A DNA stretch of 51,616 nucleotides from Dehalococcoidia bacterium (GTDB lineage: Bacteria; Chloroflexota; Dehalococcoidia; Dehalococcoidales; CSSed11-197): contig PUOQ01000084.1 of the NCBI GenBank assembly GCA_003552785.1, positions 1 to 51,616 of the forward strand. Reading direction: 5' to 3'. This document shows positions 1-11,370 of the stretch, in pieces. The number at the start of each line of letters is the position of its first letter. The stretch's first letter is position 1. A program made the translations under genes and the position numbers. The notes beneath the pieces were generated by a model. That model did no database searches. It saw only the letters and a list, made by a program, of their open reading frames with translations, and was not told where the DNA came from.

Positions 1-1554
<1,554 letters not shown>

Positions 1555-1738
1555 TGTTTCAGGCCTGGTATTAGCCTTTGGACAAAAAACTTATATTCTA
1601 TTGTTAATGTGCCGGGACATAATTAAACGCCCTGGCAACTTGCCACCAGGACGCTACCTGGCTTGAGTCACCGTATGTTATACTATGTCCCTGCTCCTGA
1701 CATTCTTCCTCTCTTCTCTCGTCTTGAGAGCAAAGTAG

Positions 1739-1767
1739 ATGATATCACACCCCAATGACCTTGTCAA
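1739..1767 (-). promoter_or_regulatory. Putative sigma70-type promoter for the 23S rRNA
   Basis: The minus strand reads TTGACA (1767-1762), a 17-nt spacer, then TATCAT (1744-1739). An A-rich tract (GCAAAAAT) sits just upstream of the -35, like an UP element. The site is about 180 nt upstream of the mature 23S 5' end. Confidence 0.5.
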
Positions 1768-1946
1768 ATTTTTGCCAAACCCGTATTGGGTGATACTTTA
1801 ATATAAAACTTGCAAAGCTAAAACAAAACCTGACAGTAGATAGAAATATTTGATTTTTACTCTTTATCAACTCAAATTTGAAACAGACAATCGATTCAAT
1901 TATGTTATAATTATCTTTAATTTAAAACAATTATAGGGGTGCTATA

Positions 1947-3152
1947 GTGTGGGAATGGTTAATGCAACACAGCATCTGGACCCTCGGGGCAGCAACCCTG
2001 GTACTGGCGTTGCTCCTGATATGCAGAGAGCAGCCTAAAAACCGCATAAGCCGGTGGTTTTTAAAAGATAAAAAACCTGAAACGAAAACGGGTCTGTCTG
2101 TCTTTTTCTGGATTTTGGCCGCAGCACTGCTGCTGGTTATTATGGCCTCAGCTATAGCTATTGTATTATCAGAGGAAGGCGTCCAGGCCAACATCACGCT
2201 TGATGATATACAAGCCTGGCTGTTATCCAGTGGTATTCCTGTTCTTTTAATAATAATTGTCTCTTTTGTGTTATATCGCCTGGTATCGCTTGCCATACCC
2301 AGGCTGGTAGAAAAATACCTGAAGTTACGTGCCAAAGGCCGTCATTCCAGGTTATGGTACCAGAACCGAACTCAGACTCTGGCTACCGTGCTGACTACTA
2401 CAGCCGGTGCTGTAATCGGCCTGATTGCTGTTTTTATGCTGCTTGGTGAATTTGGGGTAAACATCACTCCCCTTCTTGCCGGAGCCGGGGTTCTTGGTGT
2501 GGCCATAGGCTTTGGGGCCCAAAGCCTTATCAAGGACTTTATCAGCGGGCTTTTTATATTCCTGGAAGATCACTACAACAAGGGGGATGTGGTCGAAGTA
2601 GCAGGCCGTGTTGGAACAGTAGAGGAAATTAATTTGAGGCGTACAGTATTGCGAGACCTGGACGGGATAGTTCACTCCATCCCCAATGGAGAAATATCCA
2701 CTTCATCAAACTACACGCGCGACTGGGCCCGGGTCAAGCTGGACGTTCCGGTGGCCTACGGTGAAGACCTGGATAAAGTATTTGAAGTCTTAAACCGTGT
2801 TGGACAGGAACTGGCTGCAGACCAGGTCTTCGGACCCAAAATAAAAACTCCTCCACAGGTTTTAAGGGTTCAGAATTTTGGCGATTCAGGCATTGATATA
2901 CGGATACTGGGGGAAGTAAAGCCTATTGAGCAATGGACGGTTACCGGAGAACTTAGACGGCGTATAAAGAAGGCTTTCGACGAAGAGGGAATCGAGATCC
3001 CCTGGCCCCACGTCAAATTGTATTTGGGGCAGGATAAAAGCCATGATTCTTCGGTCCTGTGTACCAGTTGCTCTGTTCCTGCTTCTGAAAACAACCGGTA
3101 CTGTGGTAATTGCGGTAGTGAAATTAAAAAAACAGAGCAGGACAAATCTTAA
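1947..3152 (+). CDS. mscS: Mechanosensitive ion channel (MscS family) with a C-terminal zinc-ribbon
   Basis: 401-aa ORF with N-terminal TM helices and an MscS core (GVLGVAIGFGAQSLIKDFISGLFIFLEDHYNKGDVVEV...GTVEEINLRRTVLRDLDG..HSIPNG). The tail is CTSC-x12-CGNC. AGGGGTG lies 5 nt before the GTG start. Confidence 0.85.
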   Translation: MWEWLMQHSIWTLGAATLVLALLLICREQPKNRISRWFLKDKKPETKTGLSVFFWILAAALLLVIMASAIAIVLSEEGVQANITLDDIQAWLLSSGIPVLLIIIVSFVLYRLVSLAIPRLVEKYLKLRAKGRHSRLWYQNRTQTLATVLTTTAGAVIGLIAVFMLLGEFGVNITPLLAGAGVLGVAIGFGAQSLIKDFISGLFIFLEDHYNKGDVVEVAGRVGTVEEINLRRTVLRDLDGIVHSIPNGEISTSSNYTRDWARVKLDVPVAYGEDLDKVFEVLNRVGQELAADQVFGPKIKTPPQVLRVQNFGDSGIDIRILGEVKPIEQWTVTGELRRRIKKAFDEEGIEIPWPHVKLYLGQDKSHDSSVLCTSCSVPASENNRYCGNCGSEIKKTEQDKS

Positions 3153-3208
3153 GTAAACTGTTATTATTTCAACCACTATAAAGCCCTGGGAAAAGAAAGG
3201 AGTAACCC

Positions 3209-4135
3209 ATGCCATCGTTTGCTTTCCTGAAAGGACAATTTGTACCTCTTGAGGACGCCAAGATAGGAATTATGACTCATGCGCTGCATTATGGAACTGC
3301 GGTTTTTGAAGGAATCCGTGGCAACTGGAATGAGGAAGCAAGGGAAGTTTACCTTTTCCGCCTGGAAGAGCATTATCAGCGCCTTATAAGTGGCGCAAGG
3401 ATACTCAAGATGCAGCCTGATTACACAGTTTCCAGGTTATGTGAAATTACTCAGGAGCTGGGGCGAAAAAGCGGACTTAAGGAAGATATTTATATCCGGC
3501 CGCTGGCATACAAGAGTACTGAAGGGATGGGGGTGCGACTACACGAGCTTGAAGATGATTTACTGGTATTTGTTATCCCCTGGGGGGCTTACCTTGATAT
3601 GGAAAGTGCCCGGTGCTGCATTTCCACATGGAGGCGGCCGGCAGACAATACCATTCCGCCCGCAATAAAAATTGCTGGAACTTATGTCAACAACGCCTTT
3701 ACAAAAACTGAAGCCATTGAAAACGGGTTTGACGAAGGTATAATGCTTACTCCGGATGGATACGTAGCAGAGGGTAGCGGGGAAAACATATTTATCATAA
3801 AAAACGGTAAACTCATAACCCCGCCAATATATAATAGTATACTGGCAGGCATCACCCGGGACACCGTTATCACACTTGCTAAAGCAGAGCTTGGTGTCGA
3901 AACAGAAGAAAGGCCTATCACCAGAGTTGAACTTTACCAGGCGGATGAATGCTTTTTAACCGGCACAGCAGCACATGTTACACCTGTATCAGAAATCGAC
4001 AGTTACAGGCTTAAGAGTGATGGTGTAGGCCTGTTTACCGCACGCATCAGAAAACTTTATTTCGACATCATTCGCGGTAAACATCCTGGCTATATGAAAT
4101 GGTGCACTCCGGTGTATGGAAATAAAACAACATAA
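3209..4135 (+). CDS. ilvE: Branched-chain amino acid aminotransferase (class IV)
   Basis: 308 aa with the typical IlvE N-terminus and motifs (HALHYGTAVFEGIRG, YIRPL, EGSGENIF, GITRDTVI). AAAGGAG RBS is present. Confidence 0.9.
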   Translation: MPSFAFLKGQFVPLEDAKIGIMTHALHYGTAVFEGIRGNWNEEAREVYLFRLEEHYQRLISGARILKMQPDYTVSRLCEITQELGRKSGLKEDIYIRPLAYKSTEGMGVRLHELEDDLLVFVIPWGAYLDMESARCCISTWRRPADNTIPPAIKIAGTYVNNAFTKTEAIENGFDEGIMLTPDGYVAEGSGENIFIIKNGKLITPPIYNSILAGITRDTVITLAKAELGVETEERPITRVELYQADECFLTGTAAHVTPVSEIDSYRLKSDGVGLFTARIRKLYFDIIRGKHPGYMKWCTPVYGNKTT

Positions 4136-4248
4136 AGCGGTTAAAGCGGCGTTTCAGCGCAAAGGTTTGCTACGACTGTTTTAAAAAGTAAGCGCACCAT
4201 AATATCAGCACGCTTGAAGCATAATAGACTGAAGCAGGTTATTTTTGC

Positions 4249-4812
4249 TTAGCCAGTGTTTCCGGTATGAAGAGACCTGAGCAAACACAACACCTTTGCT
4301 GCTTCCTCAAGTACAGTGGTAAAACTAAAAGCCTCTTCGAGCAACTGGCCAACTGCAAAGCATCCATGCCCATAAACTATTACAACATGACGGTTTTTAA
4401 GTGCATCTGCAATTTCTTCCCCGAGACTGCCAGGCTTAACATCGAGACCCCAGCCAACCACCGGAACCGTGCCAATTACATCCTGCCATTCATCTCTGGG
4501 AACAATCTCTTTTTCTACTAGCGATAAAGCGGTAGCGTGGGGGGGATGGGCGTGAACTACGGCCTGTGCCCTGGTCGCCCTGTATATAGCCCTGTGCACT
4601 CCAAGTTCAGATGAAGCCAGAGGAGTCATGCGATCGTTCTTATTGATGCCAGTTTCAATCAGGTCCTGCTCGGTCAGCGAACCCAGCATGGATCCCCTGC
4701 GTGTAATAACCAGCCTCTCATCGAAGCGAACTGATAAGTTGCCGCTATGAGAGGTCACCAGGCCTCTTGTACTAAGCTCTCTGCCAATGGTTTGAAACTG
4801 AGACAGCAACAT
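4249..4812 (-). CDS. Class II aldolase/adducin-domain protein (MtnB/FucA-like)
   Basis: 187 aa with SHSGNLSVR, ELGVHRAIY, AVVHAHPPHATALS and YGHGCFAVG, the metal-binding His pattern of class II aldolases. Confidence 0.8.
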   Translation of the reverse strand: MLLSQFQTIGRELSTRGLVTSHSGNLSVRFDERLVITRRGSMLGSLTEQDLIETGINKNDRMTPLASSELGVHRAIYRATRAQAVVHAHPPHATALSLVEKEIVPRDEWQDVIGTVPVVGWGLDVKPGSLGEEIADALKNRHVVIVYGHGCFAVGQLLEEAFSFTTVLEEAAKVLCLLRSLHTGNTG

Positions 4813-5021
4813 AAAACCCCACTAGAGCTACTTTAACGATAGTTTATACCTTTGCCGGTCCAAAAGGCAAATCCGGCACTACCACACAAGTTAACATTTT
4901 CATAATATAATACTGCTTCTTATCAAACTTGTGTATGCCTGTTGTAATAATACGCAATGGTCGGTTATAATCTCCTAACCTGATTAAAAGCGCGAATCAT
5001 TAATTTACAGGGTTTAGCAAC

Positions 5022-5690
5022 ATGACTATACTGGTGCTACTCATTTTTCTCTTTTTGTGGGCAGCTGTATTCTGGGTGGGATCCATTTTCTTAGAAGCAA
5101 CAGGAATGGAGCGCTCCAAAGCCCGCTTCCAGGCCCTGTCCTGCCTTTCAGGCACAGGCTTTACCACCCAGGAATCAGAGCTGGTAATAAACCAGCCCCG
5201 TCGCAGGCACATAGCTTACTGGCTTATGGTATCTGGCCTAACCAGCTTGCTTGTGCTTGTCGTCATTGCTTCATTTTTTATTATTTATGGATTTGAAGCA
5301 CCGGCATGGCAAACCGGTGTGTTTGCCGGTGCTGCTATTTTAATGGCCATTCTAGTTAAAGCCGGATGTTTCAAAAAGCTAACATCAAAAATAATAGGCT
5401 TATTTAAACAGCGGCAGGATTCGCCATATTCACTGGCCGGGGGTATTTTACATGAAAAAAGTGGCTGCGGTGTAGTTAGGATCTGGTTATCTACACAGGC
5501 CAAGGCAATTAATATGAGCATCAGGGACACTGGTTTTGACCGGGCAGGTATAACAATACTTGCTATTGAACGTGGTGACCGTGTCATCACTTTCCCGGAC
5601 ATCTCCGAGTTTCTCCAGCCTGGAGACTACCTGCTGTGTTATGGCAAAATTCCGGAAATAACTCGAGCAGCCGGTGTAAACCAGTTCTAA
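5022..5690 (+). CDS. Membrane protein with one TrkH/KtrB-like pore-loop and a C-terminal RCK_C (TrkA-C) domain
   Basis: 222 aa arranged TM1, ARFQALSCLSGTGFTTQES, TM2, TM3, then a TrkA-C-like beta domain (GVVRIWLS...MSIRDTGFDRAGITILAIERGDRVITFPDISEFLQPGDYLLCYG). There is no obvious SD. Confidence 0.6.
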   Translation: MTILVLLIFLFLWAAVFWVGSIFLEATGMERSKARFQALSCLSGTGFTTQESELVINQPRRRHIAYWLMVSGLTSLLVLVVIASFFIIYGFEAPAWQTGVFAGAAILMAILVKAGCFKKLTSKIIGLFKQRQDSPYSLAGGILHEKSGCGVVRIWLSTQAKAINMSIRDTGFDRAGITILAIERGDRVITFPDISEFLQPGDYLLCYGKIPEITRAAGVNQF

Positions 5691-5830
5691 AAAACATACC
5701 GGCGAGAATTCTCTCATCATAAGAAAAGAGCTTAATACAAATCCGGGCAACAAGATGAGCCTGTTTCTACATAGTATTCCAAAGAAGCTCCACAAAAACC
5801 GGTTTATAAATAAGAGAGCAGCCTCAAAGC

Positions 5831-6586
5831 TTAATCCTGATAAATTTCCAGGCCTTCAAGGCCGGGGATATTTGATAGAAACTCATAGCCACCCGTTAAT
5901 ATACCGTGCACCATCAGCGGCATGAATGCAAGTACCGTGCCCTCGATTTTGCCGTAATAAAAAGAATTATCAAAAATTTGGGGAGTGCCAAAAACAAGCG
6001 TTTCTGCTTTTAATTTACTAACAGGGGAACAGTTTTCGGGCGGAGATGTGGCCACCAAGCTGGCGCAGGTAAATGGACGAGCTTCGTATATCACGCATGC
6101 CCCCTGTGATAAAAAGGGGCAAAGCATGCCCTGCCGGCGATAAGCATTCTCTGCCATTGTTAAAGCGTTCTTGATCTTATTACCGGATCCCGCCTGGCTT
6201 TTTTCCAGCCACAGCTGGCCACATTCTAGAAATAGATCACCATTTTGCCGGAGCTGTTGGCGCCAGGTTGAGTAGTTACACAAAAAAGTATCCAGGGCTG
6301 GCTGTTTTTGATAAAGATAATATACTATTGCCTCACATTCACCAACGCTTGCCTGCATATAGGCCATACAACAATAAACACAACCCTTTTGACACGATAT
6401 CTGGGCCCCATTACTTTTTACGGAATCGAGTTGCCTTTGCTGTAAATCTTTCAGAGTTGCCTTCTTGCGTTTTATATAATCTATACAGAAAGCTTTTCTC
6501 TCCTGGCCGATTTCACCCCGGTAGGCAACATTCCGGTCAATAATCCGGGGTACCCCGCCTGCAGATGTTTCCGACCTTATTACCAT
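5831..6586 (-). CDS. YkgJ/UPF0153-type cysteine-cluster protein (putative Zn/Fe-chelating domain)
   Basis: 251 aa with a CQKGCVYCC motif (CxxxCxxCC) plus downstream Cys residues (CPF..GACVIY..FTC). Confidence 0.55.
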   Translation of the reverse strand: MVIRSETSAGGVPRIIDRNVAYRGEIGQERKAFCIDYIKRKKATLKDLQQRQLDSVKSNGAQISCQKGCVYCCMAYMQASVGECEAIVYYLYQKQPALDTFLCNYSTWRQQLRQNGDLFLECGQLWLEKSQAGSGNKIKNALTMAENAYRRQGMLCPFLSQGACVIYEARPFTCASLVATSPPENCSPVSKLKAETLVFGTPQIFDNSFYYGKIEGTVLAFMPLMVHGILTGGYEFLSNIPGLEGLEIYQD

Positions 6587-6684
6587 AAAGCTGCATACTC
6601 CAAAACATTTCCTGCCAAATAACGCATGTCAAGCGCATTTGCAGGCATTATACCCTTGATATAACCCGTAAGCAATCGAGATTG

Positions 6685-6713
6685 TTGCACCTGCTACGAC
6701 CGCTTGATACAAT
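6685..6713 (+). promoter_or_regulatory. Putative promoter of leuS-proC-cvpA
   Basis: TTGCAC (6685-6690), 17 nt, TACAAT (6708-6713), about 55 nt before the leuS ATG. Confidence 0.4.
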
Positions 6714-6769
6714 TAACTCCTGATACCACCTTTCCGGTATTTTATTAATGACCCGCAGGGGAGGAATGA

Positions 6770-9214
6770 ATGCCATCCAATTATAACCCAGCTGAAATCG
6801 AGCCTAAATGGCAAAAAAAATGGGCTGACGACAGGCTTTACCACGTTTTTGAGGATTCAACAAAGCCTAAATGGTATGCTCTCACCATGTTTCCATACAC
6901 CTCCGGTGATCTTCATATAGGTCACTGGTATGCTATGGCTCCGTCCGATGTTCATGCCCGCTTCAAACGCATGCAAGGCTATAACGTACTTCATCCTATG
7001 GGCTTTGATGCATTTGGATTACCGGCAGAAAATGCAGCCTTAAAGCACGGAATCCATCCCCATGAGTGGACGATGAGAAACGTTGAGAATATGCGCCGGC
7101 AATTAAAAACCATAGGGGCTGTTTACGATTGGGACAGGGAAGTAATAACCTGCCTTCCAGATTATTACAAATGGACCCAGTGGTTTTTTGTGAAACTTTT
7201 CCAGGCCGGCCTGGCCTACCGCTCCCAGGCCCCGGTAAACTGGTGCTCCAATTGCAATGTAGTACTGGCCAACGAACAGGTAGTCAATGGAGGCTGCTGG
7301 CGATGTGACACCCCCGTGATCCGGCGCGACCTCAAGCAATGGTTCCTGAAAATTACCCATTACGCTGACGAGCTTATGGAGCATGAGGGGCTCGACTGGC
7401 CAGAAAAAATTAAAACCATGCAGAAAAACTGGGTAGGCAGAAGTGAAGGCGCTGAAATCCATTTTGGTATCGAAAGAAGCGATATTGATGAAAAAGGGGT
7501 TAAGGCATTTACTACACGCCCGGATACTGTTTTTGGCATCACCTACGTAGTAATGGCTCCTGAACATCCCCTGGTGGAAAAACTGACCACCAAAGAGAAG
7601 GCTGAAGAAGTAAAGGCTTATGTCGAACGCACTCGTAAACGTACCGAAATTGAACGTGTTTCCACCGAAAAAGAAAAGGATGGCGTCTTTATCGGAGCTT
7701 ATCTAACCAACCATGTTAATGGAGAAAAAGTGCCGGTATGGATTGCGGATTATGTACTGCTGAGTTATGGCACAGGCATGGTGATGGGAGTGCCGGCTCA
7801 TGACGACCGGGATTTTGCTTTCGCCCGTAAATACGGTATTCCTGTCAGAGTAGTTATCGCGCCACCCGACTGGGAAGGGGAAGACCTTGAGGAGGCTTTC
7901 ACTCAGGATGGTGTAATGGTTAATTCCGGACATTTCAATGGTTTGCCCAGCGAAAAGGGAAGAAAGGAAGTTACCCGATATCTTGAAAACAAGGGTTGGG
8001 GCCGTTTCGCGGTAAGTTATAAACTTCGTGACTGGCTAATCTCACGCCAGCGTTACTGGGGCGCACCTATTCCCATAATTCACTGTGATAATTGCGGAAC
8101 ACTGCCGGTGCCCGAGCATGAACTGCCTGTATTATTACCATCGGATGCAGAATTCAAAGCTACCGGTGAATCCCCCCTGAAATATAATGAGGAATTTATA
8201 AACACGACCTGTCACAAGTGCAAATCTCCGGCTAAACGCGAAACCGATACCATGGATACATTCATGTGCTCTTCCTGGTACTTTCTACGCTATACCAGTC
8301 CGGGCTTTGATGACGGACCTTTTGATCCTGACAGGATGAAGTACTGGATGCCGGTCGATCTATATACCGGTGGAGCGGAACATGCAGTAATGCATCTTTT
8401 TTATTCACGCTTTTTCACCAAGGCGCTAAGGGATATGGGCCTGGTCGATTTTGACGAGCCTTTTTTAAAGCTTTTTAACCAGGGCACCATCATAGTAGAC
8501 CGTCAAAAAATGAGTAAATCACGGGGCAATGTTATCAACCCTGATACATTACTATCATCAATGGGAGCAGACGTTGTACGTGCGTACTTGATGTTTGTAG
8601 CCCCATGGGAACAGGGAGGAGAATGGAATGATTCCGGTATTTCCGGCATAAACCGCTGGCTTAACCGGATATGGAATCTCATTAATAACCAGTATAAACC
8701 CGCCGAAAACCTGAATAATGATGCACTCAAGACTTTTGAAAGGCAACTTCACCAAACCATCAGCAAGGTCACCCATGACATAAACGACATACGCTTCAAT
8801 ACCATGCTTTCCACTTTAATGGAGTTCACCAATTACCTTGGCAGGGTCAAAGAATCCGGTTCAGTTCCTTTTCAAAACTGGCAGGAAGCAATTAAAAAAT
8901 TACTCTTAATGCTGGCCCCATCAGCACCTCATATGACCGAAGAACTCTGGCAGCAACTGGGCTATGAATACTCTGTCCACACTCAAAAGTGGCCGGAATG
9001 GGATGAAAATAAAGCTAAAGAAGAAGAAATAACCCTGGTTGTTCAGGTAAATGGGAAGTTAAGAGGTAAAATTAACCTTCCGGTGAACGTAAGCAAAGAT
9101 GAAGCACTGAAAAGTGCAATGGAAGCAGAGCGTATAAAACCTTTCATTGAAGGTAAAAAAGTGGTCGATATGATCTATGTTCCAGGCAGGGTAATTAATC
9201 TGGTGGTAAAATGA
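6770..9214 (+). CDS. leuS: Leucine--tRNA ligase
   Basis: 814 aa with a class I HIGH motif (DLHIGH), KMSKS (QKMSKSRGN), the CP1 editing domain and a Zn-binding CWRC. Confidence 0.97.
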   Translation: MPSNYNPAEIEPKWQKKWADDRLYHVFEDSTKPKWYALTMFPYTSGDLHIGHWYAMAPSDVHARFKRMQGYNVLHPMGFDAFGLPAENAALKHGIHPHEWTMRNVENMRRQLKTIGAVYDWDREVITCLPDYYKWTQWFFVKLFQAGLAYRSQAPVNWCSNCNVVLANEQVVNGGCWRCDTPVIRRDLKQWFLKITHYADELMEHEGLDWPEKIKTMQKNWVGRSEGAEIHFGIERSDIDEKGVKAFTTRPDTVFGITYVVMAPEHPLVEKLTTKEKAEEVKAYVERTRKRTEIERVSTEKEKDGVFIGAYLTNHVNGEKVPVWIADYVLLSYGTGMVMGVPAHDDRDFAFARKYGIPVRVVIAPPDWEGEDLEEAFTQDGVMVNSGHFNGLPSEKGRKEVTRYLENKGWGRFAVSYKLRDWLISRQRYWGAPIPIIHCDNCGTLPVPEHELPVLLPSDAEFKATGESPLKYNEEFINTTCHKCKSPAKRETDTMDTFMCSSWYFLRYTSPGFDDGPFDPDRMKYWMPVDLYTGGAEHAVMHLFYSRFFTKALRDMGLVDFDEPFLKLFNQGTIIVDRQKMSKSRGNVINPDTLLSSMGADVVRAYLMFVAPWEQGGEWNDSGISGINRWLNRIWNLINNQYKPAENLNNDALKTFERQLHQTISKVTHDINDIRFNTMLSTLMEFTNYLGRVKESGSVPFQNWQEAIKKLLLMLAPSAPHMTEELWQQLGYEYSVHTQKWPEWDENKAKEEEITLVVQVNGKLRGKINLPVNVSKDEALKSAMEAERIKPFIEGKKVVDMIYVPGRVINLVVK

Positions 9215-10014
9215 ACATAACCTTTATCGGCGGCGGTAATATGGCCAGGGCAATTCTAGGGGCACTCATCGACAGCAAGATAACAGCCCCGGAGAAAATA
9301 ACGGTAAGTGATATCAGCACTGCAAGGCTGGAGGATATTAAAAATAAATATAGAGTTTGCACAACATCTTCAAACACAAGAGCTATCGCAGCTGCTGACA
9401 TTATTATCCTTGCAGTAAAACCCCAGAACCTGGATGCCATTTCCCGGGAACTTGTCGGCAAATTCAGTCCGGGGAAACTGGTGATATCCATATTGGCCGG
9501 CACCAACCTCGAAAGCCTTGCAAACAGCCTTAAACACGGCGAAGTTATAAGGGCAATGCCCAACACGCCCGCACAAATAAGAATGGGCATGACAGCCTGG
9601 ACTGCCTCTCCGGCAGTTACTGAAGAAAAAAAGAAAGCAGCTCAAAGCATTCTGTCGACAATGGGTAAAGCAATATTTTTTGAAGATGAAGCCTTTATCG
9701 ATATGTCAACGGCCATTAGCGGCAGCGGCCCGGCATACTTCTATCTGTTCATGGAATCACTGGTTGAGGCCGGGGTTGAACTGGGGCTTCCCCGGGAAAC
9801 AGCCATTGAAATGGTAATGCAAACGGCACTTGGTTCGGTTAGTTATGCCCTTAAATCAGATGCCGGGCTGACTACACTAAGACAGCAGGTAACCTCCCCG
9901 GGTGGCACCACAGAAGCAGCCTTGAAAATATTTGAATCTGAAGGATTAAAAGACATTATAATAAAAGCTGTTGCCGGAGCGCATGGCAGGGCAAGGGAAA
10001 TCGGCAAATGTTAG
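9211..10014 (+). CDS. proC: Pyrroline-5-carboxylate reductase
   Basis: 267 aa with an N-terminal Rossmann motif FIGGGNMARAI and a C-terminal SPGGTTEAAL motif. An ATGA overlap with leuS suggests translational coupling. Confidence 0.9.
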   Translation: MNITFIGGGNMARAILGALIDSKITAPEKITVSDISTARLEDIKNKYRVCTTSSNTRAIAAADIIILAVKPQNLDAISRELVGKFSPGKLVISILAGTNLESLANSLKHGEVIRAMPNTPAQIRMGMTAWTASPAVTEEKKKAAQSILSTMGKAIFFEDEAFIDMSTAISGSGPAYFYLFMESLVEAGVELGLPRETAIEMVMQTALGSVSYALKSDAGLTTLRQQVTSPGGTTEAALKIFESEGLKDIIIKAVAGAHGRAREIGKC

Positions 10015-10045
10015 AAGCAAAACCATATGTTATAATTTAACGGCT

Positions 10046-10540
10046 ATGAACTGGCTAGACATTATATTACTGGTACTGCTGGCATTAAGCCTTTTCCAGG
10101 GTTTAAAACGGGGGCTTATAAAAACTGTCTTTTCCATTATAGGTGTTATTGTAGGTGTTATTATTGCCAGCAGATTTTATGATAACGTAAGCGCGTGGTT
10201 CGGTTTTGCAGATAGCGCCGCTTTCAATGTCCTTTCTTTTATAATTATAATTGCTGCTGTAATGGTTATAGCTGCTGTGCTGTCCAGCATGCTTCGTTTC
10301 GCTGCTTCAGCTATATTGCTTGGCTGGGTAGATCGCCTTGGCGGGGCCTTTTTTGGCTTGTTGCTTGGCAGCGTGCTGCTTGGAGCAGTAATATCACTGT
10401 GGATCAGGCTATTTGAAGCGGGAGTAGTAGCCGAATCAGCTATTGCTTCTTTCCTTGCCGGCAAGTTCCCCCTTGTGCTGGCAATCTTGCCGGCAGATTT
10501 CGATACCGTGCGTGACTTTTTCACACGCCTTTTGACTTAA
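10046..10540 (+). CDS. cvpA: CvpA-family membrane protein
   Basis: MNWLDIILLVLLALSLFQGLKRGLIKTVFSIIG is the typical CvpA N-terminus, and there are 4 TM segments. I chose the ATG at 10046; the track ORF start at 9971 would overlap proC. Confidence 0.75.
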   Translation: MNWLDIILLVLLALSLFQGLKRGLIKTVFSIIGVIVGVIIASRFYDNVSAWFGFADSAAFNVLSFIIIIAAVMVIAAVLSSMLRFAASAILLGWVDRLGGAFFGLLLGSVLLGAVISLWIRLFEAGVVAESAIASFLAGKFPLVLAILPADFDTVRDFFTRLLT

Positions 10541-10559
10541 AGATTAGATTCTGCAGAAT

Positions 10560-10820
10560 CTATTTGGGTTCCTCGCCGGGATGCAGACCTTTCCACTTTT
10601 CCATTAATTCATCGCGGCTTTCTTCGTTTTCCGGATCCAAGACAATAGCATCAACCGGGCACACCTCAACACATTGCGGCGCATCATGACTGCCTATACA
10701 TTCAGTGCACCTGCCCTTATCAATGGCATATATAGTTTCACCTTCGGTTATGGCACCGTTGGGGCACTCAGCTTCACAGGCGCCGCAACTGATGCATTCG
10801 TCGGTTATTTTGTAGGCCAT
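10560..10820 (-). CDS. 2x[4Fe-4S] ferredoxin
   Basis: 86 aa with [12 protein letters not shown] and CTEC..x8..CVEVCP cluster motifs. Confidence 0.85.
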   Translation of the reverse strand: MAYKITDECISCGACEAECPNGAITEGETIYAIDKGRCTECIGSHDAPQCVEVCPVDAIVLDPENEESRDELMEKWKGLHPGEEPK

Positions 10821-10893
10821 TTAAAACTTCTCCTCCTTAATTTACTTTGTATTTTCACCAAAATCATGGTGGACTTGCTTTTTAATCTTTACC

Positions 10894-11370
10894 TTATGAG
10901 GCCATCTCATCCAATGCTTCAACTACCTGTGTCGGGACAAGGTCTTTTATATCACCTTTCAATTTTGACACTTCTTTTATTATGCTGCTGCTGATAAACT
11001 GGAACTGCGGGCTTGCCATGAAACACACCATCTCCAAATCCGGGTCAAGGCGATGGTTCATCATTGCCATTTCAAACTCAAGTTCAAAGTCTCCACTAAC
11101 CCTCAAGCCCCGTACTATAACCCCTGCTCCAACTTTGCGGGCAAAATCAACCGTCAGGTTATCATAAGGCTCAACACTTATGTTTTTATATTTACGAAAC
11201 ACTTCCCTTGCAAGAAAAAGCCTCTTTTCCAGATCGAACATGACTTCTTTTTTGGGTGAAGAAAACACACCGACAATTACCCGGTCAAACAACCTGGCTG
11301 CTCTCACAGCAATATCGACATGGCCGTTAGTAATAGGATCAAATGTACCAGGGTATATAGCAATTGTCAT
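10894..11370 (-). CDS. coaD: Phosphopantetheine adenylyltransferase
   Basis: 158 aa starting IAIYPGTFDPITNGHVDI (T/HxGH motif), with ISSSIIKE near the C-terminus. Confidence 0.92.
   Translation of the reverse strand: MTIAIYPGTFDPITNGHVDIAVRAARLFDRVIVGVFSSPKKEVMFDLEKRLFLAREVFRKYKNISVEPYDNLTVDFARKVGAGVIVRGLRVSGDFELEFEMAMMNHRLDPDLEMVCFMASPQFQFISSSIIKEVSKLKGDIKDLVPTQVVEALDEMAS

Noticed and set aside
1721-1735. A boxA-like TGCTCT on the minus strand, in the rRNA leader
   Set aside because: It matches only the first 6 nt of the antitermination boxA consensus, and it sits at the predicted transcription start rather than within the leader.
6587-6769. A T-box leader was expected upstream of leuS
   Set aside because: There is no T-box consensus (AATTAGGGTGGTACCGCG-like) or specifier/antiterminator architecture. 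The region is short and contains an ordinary promoter about 55 nt from the start.
9971-10045. N-terminal extensions offered by the ORF track for cvpA (9971), the yefM-like gene (11983), the 425-aa unknown (19118), the membrane protein (30651), ruvX (43896) and tatA2 (50029)
   Set aside because: The extensions overlap upstream genes or promoter elements, lack an RBS and add non-conserved residues. Internal ATG starts with better SD spacing and family-typical N-termini were preferred.
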